Below are positions 28,379 to 32,000 of a DNA stretch of 32,000 nucleotides, one piece after another (within the stretch, counting starts at the first letter, position 1; each line of letters begins with the position of its first letter). The translations under genes and the position numbers were made by a program. This stretch comes from Megasphaera elsdenii DSM 20460 (GTDB lineage: Bacteria > Bacillota > Negativicutes > Veillonellales > Megasphaeraceae): contig NZ_CP027570.1 in NCBI RefSeq assembly GCF_003010495.1, forward strand, positions 870,001 through 902,000, read 5' to 3'. The notes under the pieces were generated by a model. That model was not told the DNA's origin. It made no database searches and saw nothing but the letters and a program-made list of their open reading frames with translations.

Positions 28379-28933
28379 ATGCTCGATTTTACGGCCATTG
28401 ACTTTGAAACGGCCAATAAATATGCCAACAGCGCCTGCTCCCTGGCAGCCGTTACCATGAATGATGATCGCTGTGTCAAAGAAGGTTATACGCTTATTCA
28501 GCCGCCTTTCATGCGTTTTGATCCGGGCAATATCCAGATTCATGGCATCACGCCGGACCAGGTCGCCCATAAACCAAAGTTCGACGCCCTGTGGGACCGC
28601 ATCCGGCCGCACCTGGAAGGGCGTATCCTGGTCGCCCACTATGCCGTCTTCGATACGCGGGTCCTGCGCAGCCTGCTGCGGACGTATCACCTGGAAAAGC
28701 CCCAGGCATCCTATGCCTGTACGGTGGAAATTTCCCGCCGCGTCTGGCCGGACCTGCCGAACCATAAATTAGATACCGTCGCCGGCTATCTCGGCTACTC
28801 CTTCCGCCATCACCAGGCCCTGGATGATGCCCGGGCCTGCGCCTACATCGTCCTCAAAGCCGCAGAAATCGTCGGCGCCTCGTCCATGGAAGAACTCCTC
28901 GACGCGACGCACCTTACTTTGAAAACCTTGTAA
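28379..28933 (+). CDS. DEDDh 3'-5' exonuclease (DnaQ/epsilon-like domain protein)
   Basis: ExoI is AIDFETAN, ExoII is LVAHYAVFDTRVL and ExoIII is HHQALDDARACAYI. Confidence 0.85.
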   Translation: MLDFTAIDFETANKYANSACSLAAVTMNDDRCVKEGYTLIQPPFMRFDPGNIQIHGITPDQVAHKPKFDALWDRIRPHLEGRILVAHYAVFDTRVLRSLLRTYHLEKPQASYACTVEISRRVWPDLPNHKLDTVAGYLGYSFRHHQALDDARACAYIVLKAAEIVGASSMEELLDATHLTLKTL

Positions 28934-28935
28934 TA

Positions 28936-29278
28936 AAGTTTGTAGCATGTAGTTTGTAGTTGTAGGGGCCGTCCCCAAGGGCGGCCCGTCTGTCATGGTG
29001 GTGTACACGTAATGCATGACGGGTGATGTGTGAAAACATCATTCATCTGCCCGAATAGCTATGTCTACAATTCACAGCGGGACGCCTTAGCAGGACGTCC
29101 CCTACGATATCGCATACAGGCGATGGAAATGAACTCAAGACAGCTGGCGGAACGGACAGCAGTGGCGACGGCCCGCTTGTGGGAATCCCATGAACTGCCC
29201 GTTCTCAGGTCGTAGGTCGTTCGTCATATGGAAATAAAAATAATAAGCCGTCACGATGAACGATGAACGAACAACTTT
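28936..29278. repeat. Composite palindromic element region, copy E (at least two family-like modules)
   Basis: It contains gtttgtagcatgtagtttgtagttgtaggggccgtcccc-aa-gggcggccc, then ggacgtcccctacg, and a distal hairpin ggtcgttcgtcat...atgaacgatgaacgaac. Confidence 0.55.
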
Positions 29279-29323
29279 TGAGATAAAAGCGTCCGGCATA
29301 ATGGCAGAAAGCCTCACTGTAGT

Positions 29324-29384
29324 ATTGACTAGTCAATTTAAGAGTGCTATGATATATCCCGTCAATAAATTTGACTAGTCAATT
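29324..29384 (+). promoter_or_regulatory. MFS-marR promoter with two copies of the palindrome TTGACTAGTCAA (candidate MarR operators)
   Basis: TTGACTAGTCAA occurs at 29325..29336, where it overlaps the -35 TTGACT. A 17-nt spacer leads to the -10 TATGAT at 29348..29353. The second copy is at 29371..29382, between the -10 and the SD. Confidence 0.7.
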
Positions 29385-29402
29385 ATAAAAGGAGCGATTG
29401 CA

Positions 29403-30617
29403 TTGATAAAAGAAAGATTATGGACTCGTGATTTCGTGGCTTTGGTCCTGGCCAATGGCTTTTTATTCGCTGGTTTCCATTTTCTCTTGCCGACCATTAC
29501 CCTCTATGCTGCCAGTTTAGGGGCTACTGGCGGGGAAATCGGTCTGATTGGCGGCATCTTTGGCTATTCGGCCATTTGTATACGCCTGTTCACGGATACC
29601 GGTGTCCACTATTTAGGGAAAAAGAAGTGCCTTTACCTGGGCCTGGCTCTTTCCATTTTAGCCACCGTGTCGTATTATATGTTTGATAGTATCCACGCCA
29701 TCGTAGCCGCCCGTATCCTCCACGGCTTCGGTTTTGGCCTGAGCACGACCTTTGCAGCGGCTATCGTCGCCGATGTCATACCGGCCAGCCGCCGCGGCGA
29801 AGGAATTGGTTATTTTGGTTTAGGCAGTACGGTCATGATGGCTCTGGCTCCGGCTGTCGGTTTATTTTTACTCAATGATATCAGCCCGGCAGCCTTGTTC
29901 TTCTCGTCGGCCGCCTTCTCCTTCTTGGCCGTCCTTGTCAGTATCTTCTGTCATGCCGGTAAGAAAGTCCGTCGTGTCGAAGTTACGGAAAAGGCTTCCC
30001 TGCGTGACCGCATCTGCGAAACCGGTACGGGCCTTCCGGCTATTTTGACGATTTTCTTCGGCGCCGCCTATGGCAGTGTCAATACGTATATCGCCATGAT
30101 GGCTGCAGAAGCCCATATTGAAAATGCCGGTTTATTCTTCATCATCGGGACGCTGTTTGTCTTCATTTCCCGTCCCTTTGGCGGCCGTCTCCTCGATGCC
30201 AAAGGCGCCTTTGCCGTCGTCATGCCCGGGTCAGTCTTGTATTTGATCGGGTTGTTGCTCATCATGGCCGCCCATTCGCTCATGGTCTTATTGGCAGCGT
30301 CTGTCTTTTACGGCTTAGGTGCCGGCCTGCTGCTCCCGGCCCTGCTGACGTGGATCCTGAATATGGTCCGCCCGGAACGGCGCAGTTCCGCCAGCGCGAC
30401 CTTCTATAATATGCTCGATATCGGTACCAGCACGGGCATCCTCGTCTTGGGCGTCATCGCCGGTATGGTAGGCTATCGCCACATGTACTGGAGTGTCACA
30501 GCCCTTATGATTTGTTTTGCTGTCCTGTTCATGTTCTGTCATTATCGCTATGGCAGCGATGTCATGGCTAGTCAGAAAGTGGGAAAAGGAGCCGTCGCCG
30601 ATATCCATAAAGATTGA
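29403..30617 (+). CDS. MFS transporter (12 TM), probable efflux pump
   Basis: The hydrophobicity pattern fits, and an MFS motif-A-like D(V)IPASRRGEG is present. The start is TTG, 8 nt after AAGGAG. Confidence 0.85.
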   Translation: MIKERLWTRDFVALVLANGFLFAGFHFLLPTITLYAASLGATGGEIGLIGGIFGYSAICIRLFTDTGVHYLGKKKCLYLGLALSILATVSYYMFDSIHAIVAARILHGFGFGLSTTFAAAIVADVIPASRRGEGIGYFGLGSTVMMALAPAVGLFLLNDISPAALFFSSAAFSFLAVLVSIFCHAGKKVRRVEVTEKASLRDRICETGTGLPAILTIFFGAAYGSVNTYIAMMAAEAHIENAGLFFIIGTLFVFISRPFGGRLLDAKGAFAVVMPGSVLYLIGLLLIMAAHSLMVLLAASVFYGLGAGLLLPALLTWILNMVRPERRSSASATFYNMLDIGTSTGILVLGVIAGMVGYRHMYWSVTALMICFAVLFMFCHYRYGSDVMASQKVGKGAVADIHKD

Positions 30618-30628
30618 GAGGTATCCTA

Positions 30629-31063
30629 ATGGACGTACGAGATCGGAAAGATGATGAATTGATACGACAATTATTCTGTACGACCCGGATTTTTTCCCGG
30701 ACTTTGAACGGCTGTGTGGCCCCTTTAGGACTTCACAGCTCGGAATGGATGGTCCTGAACTTCATTCACTTGAATGACGGCATTGCCCAGGCCGATTTGA
30801 TTCGTTATTTCAAGGTGGAAGCGGCGGCGATTACGCGCACGTTGAGCCGGCTGGAGAAGAAAGGCCTGATTAGCCGTCATCCTATGGAGAAAGGGCGGGG
30901 TAAGTACATCGAATTGACCGAAGCCGGCCGGGACCTGTTTGCCAAAGCGGAACCTTTTGTAACGGCCCATCGGAGACAGGCCTTGCAGGGATTGTCAGCA
31001 ACGGAACGTCAGCAGCTATTGACGTTGTGTGCGAAAGTCCAAGCGGCTTTAGAGGCGGAATAG
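30629..31063 (+). CDS. MarR-family transcriptional regulator
   Basis: The winged HTH is AQADLIRYFKVEAAAITRTLSRLEKKGLISR. The start was moved to ATG 30629 (SD gagagg). Confidence 0.85.
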   Translation: MDVRDRKDDELIRQLFCTTRIFSRTLNGCVAPLGLHSSEWMVLNFIHLNDGIAQADLIRYFKVEAAAITRTLSRLEKKGLISRHPMEKGRGKYIELTEAGRDLFAKAEPFVTAHRRQALQGLSATERQQLLTLCAKVQAALEAE

Positions 31064-31184
31064 TATATATTTTTATCATATAGAGGGTATACCTATACTG
31101 ATTTCCCATAGATAGCTTACAAATCATCGGCATATGCGTATAATTAAATCAAGATATTACCTATGCTGAAAGGAGATTTTAAAA

Positions 31185-32000
31185 ATGAAAATTGTCTTGT
31201 TGGAATCGTTAGGTATCAGCCAGGAATTGCTTGATTCGTATGTAAAACCCTTGAAGGAAAAAGGCTATGAATTTGCTGCGTATGAACGCAATGATGACCC
31301 AGCCGTCCAGATTGAAGAAGCGAAGGACGCCGATATCCTCATCATCGCCAACATGCCCCTCAAAGCCGAAGTCATCAATGCCTGCCCGAACCTGAAGTAC
31401 ATCGACGTTGCCTTTACCGGTGTCGACCACGTCGCCCTGGATGCTGCCAAAGCCAAAGGCATCAAAGTCAGCAATGCATCGGGCTATTCGACGGTTGCCG
31501 TTGCTGAATTGACCATCGCCATGATGCTCGACTTGCTCCGCCGCGTTCCCCAGGTCGATGCGGCTTGCCGTGCTGGAGGCACGAAGGCCGGCCTTGTCGG
31601 CAACGAACTGGAAGGGAAGACAGTTGCCCTCGTCGGCACTGGCCACATCGGTCATCGCGTTGCCGAACTGGTCCATGCCTTTGGTGCTAAAGTCATCGCC
31701 TATAACGGCTTCTCTCATAAAGCCGATACGGAACTGATCAAATACTTGCCCATGAAAGAAATGATGGAACAGGCCGATATTGTCAGCCTCCATTGCCCGG
31801 TAACGGATAAATCGAAGGGCTTGATCAATAAAGAAACTTTGTCGTATATGAAACCGACAGCCTTCCTCATCAATGAAGCCCGTGGCCCTGTCGTCGTATC
31901 CCAGGACTTGGCCGATGCCTTGAACAGCGGTAAAATCGCCGGCGCCGGCATTGATGTCTTTGAAAACGAACCGCCTCTTGACACCAATCATCCGCTGCTT
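31185..32000 (+). CDS. D-isomer-specific 2-hydroxyacid dehydrogenase family protein, 3' end beyond window
   Basis: ATG 31185 follows SD aggag. The sequence GKTVALVGTGHIGHRVA (NAD-binding GxGxxG)...LINEARGPVV...GAGIDVFENEPP is present. The track omits the ORF because it is open-ended; the 260-aa minus ORF at 31209..31991 is its antisense shadow. Confidence 0.88.
   Translation, partial: MKIVLLESLGISQELLDSYVKPLKEKGYEFAAYERNDDPAVQIEEAKDADILIIANMPLKAEVINACPNLKYIDVAFTGVDHVALDAAKAKGIKVSNASGYSTVAVAELTIAMMLDLLRRVPQVDAACRAGGTKAGLVGNELEGKTVALVGTGHIGHRVAELVHAFGAKVIAYNGFSHKADTELIKYLPMKEMMEQADIVSLHCPVTDKSKGLINKETLSYMKPTAFLINEARGPVVVSQDLADALNSGKIAGAGIDVFENEPPLDTNHPLL

Overview
This looks like a chromosomal window of roughly 50% GC from a diderm Firmicute (Negativicutes, Megasphaera/Veillonellaceae-like). 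That placement is an inference from gene content: an ESPR-type trimeric autotransporter and a Skp/OmpH chaperone sit beside Firmicute-type csoR-copA, ytfI-ytfJ and a group IIC intron. No database search was run, so all calls rest on reading the sequence and the supplied translations.

Layout:
- 1-6491 (-): the 5' ~6.5 kb of a giant trimeric autotransporter adhesin. The ORF track omits it because it runs off the window edge. A stand-alone LytTR regulator lies just upstream.
- 7122-9234 (+): a strong promoter, a ~190-nt leader ending in a strong intrinsic terminator, then a BASS-family transporter and panC.
- 9241-18195: what I read as a split copper-homeostasis island. Three phased 11-bp direct repeats precede an uncharacterised operon encoding a secreted 8-Cys mini-protein and a 4-TM protein with a Met/His tail. 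A group IIC intron has inserted exactly between a palindromic repeat element and its terminator. An MNT/HEPN pair follows, then an OmpR-type response regulator and a histidine kinase whose short sensor loop is Met/His-rich. Convergent csoR-copA closes the island, with textbook CsoR operators.
- copA carries two C-terminal HMA domains and a perfect 16-bp parS inside its coding sequence.
- 18419-32000: mostly housekeeping. Genes are skp, ytfJ/ytfI, an OYE flavoenzyme, purA, a MetH-activation-domain-like protein, orphan parB, DUF4446, an M23 peptidase, an orphan BCAA-type binding protein, a YgjP-like peptidase, a DEDDh exonuclease, a MarR-controlled MFS pump and a partial 2-hydroxyacid dehydrogenase.

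Five intergenic copies of a GC-core palindromic (REP/BIME-like) element family are present. Three of them are fused to a bidirectional terminator. No rRNA, tRNA or CRISPR was seen.
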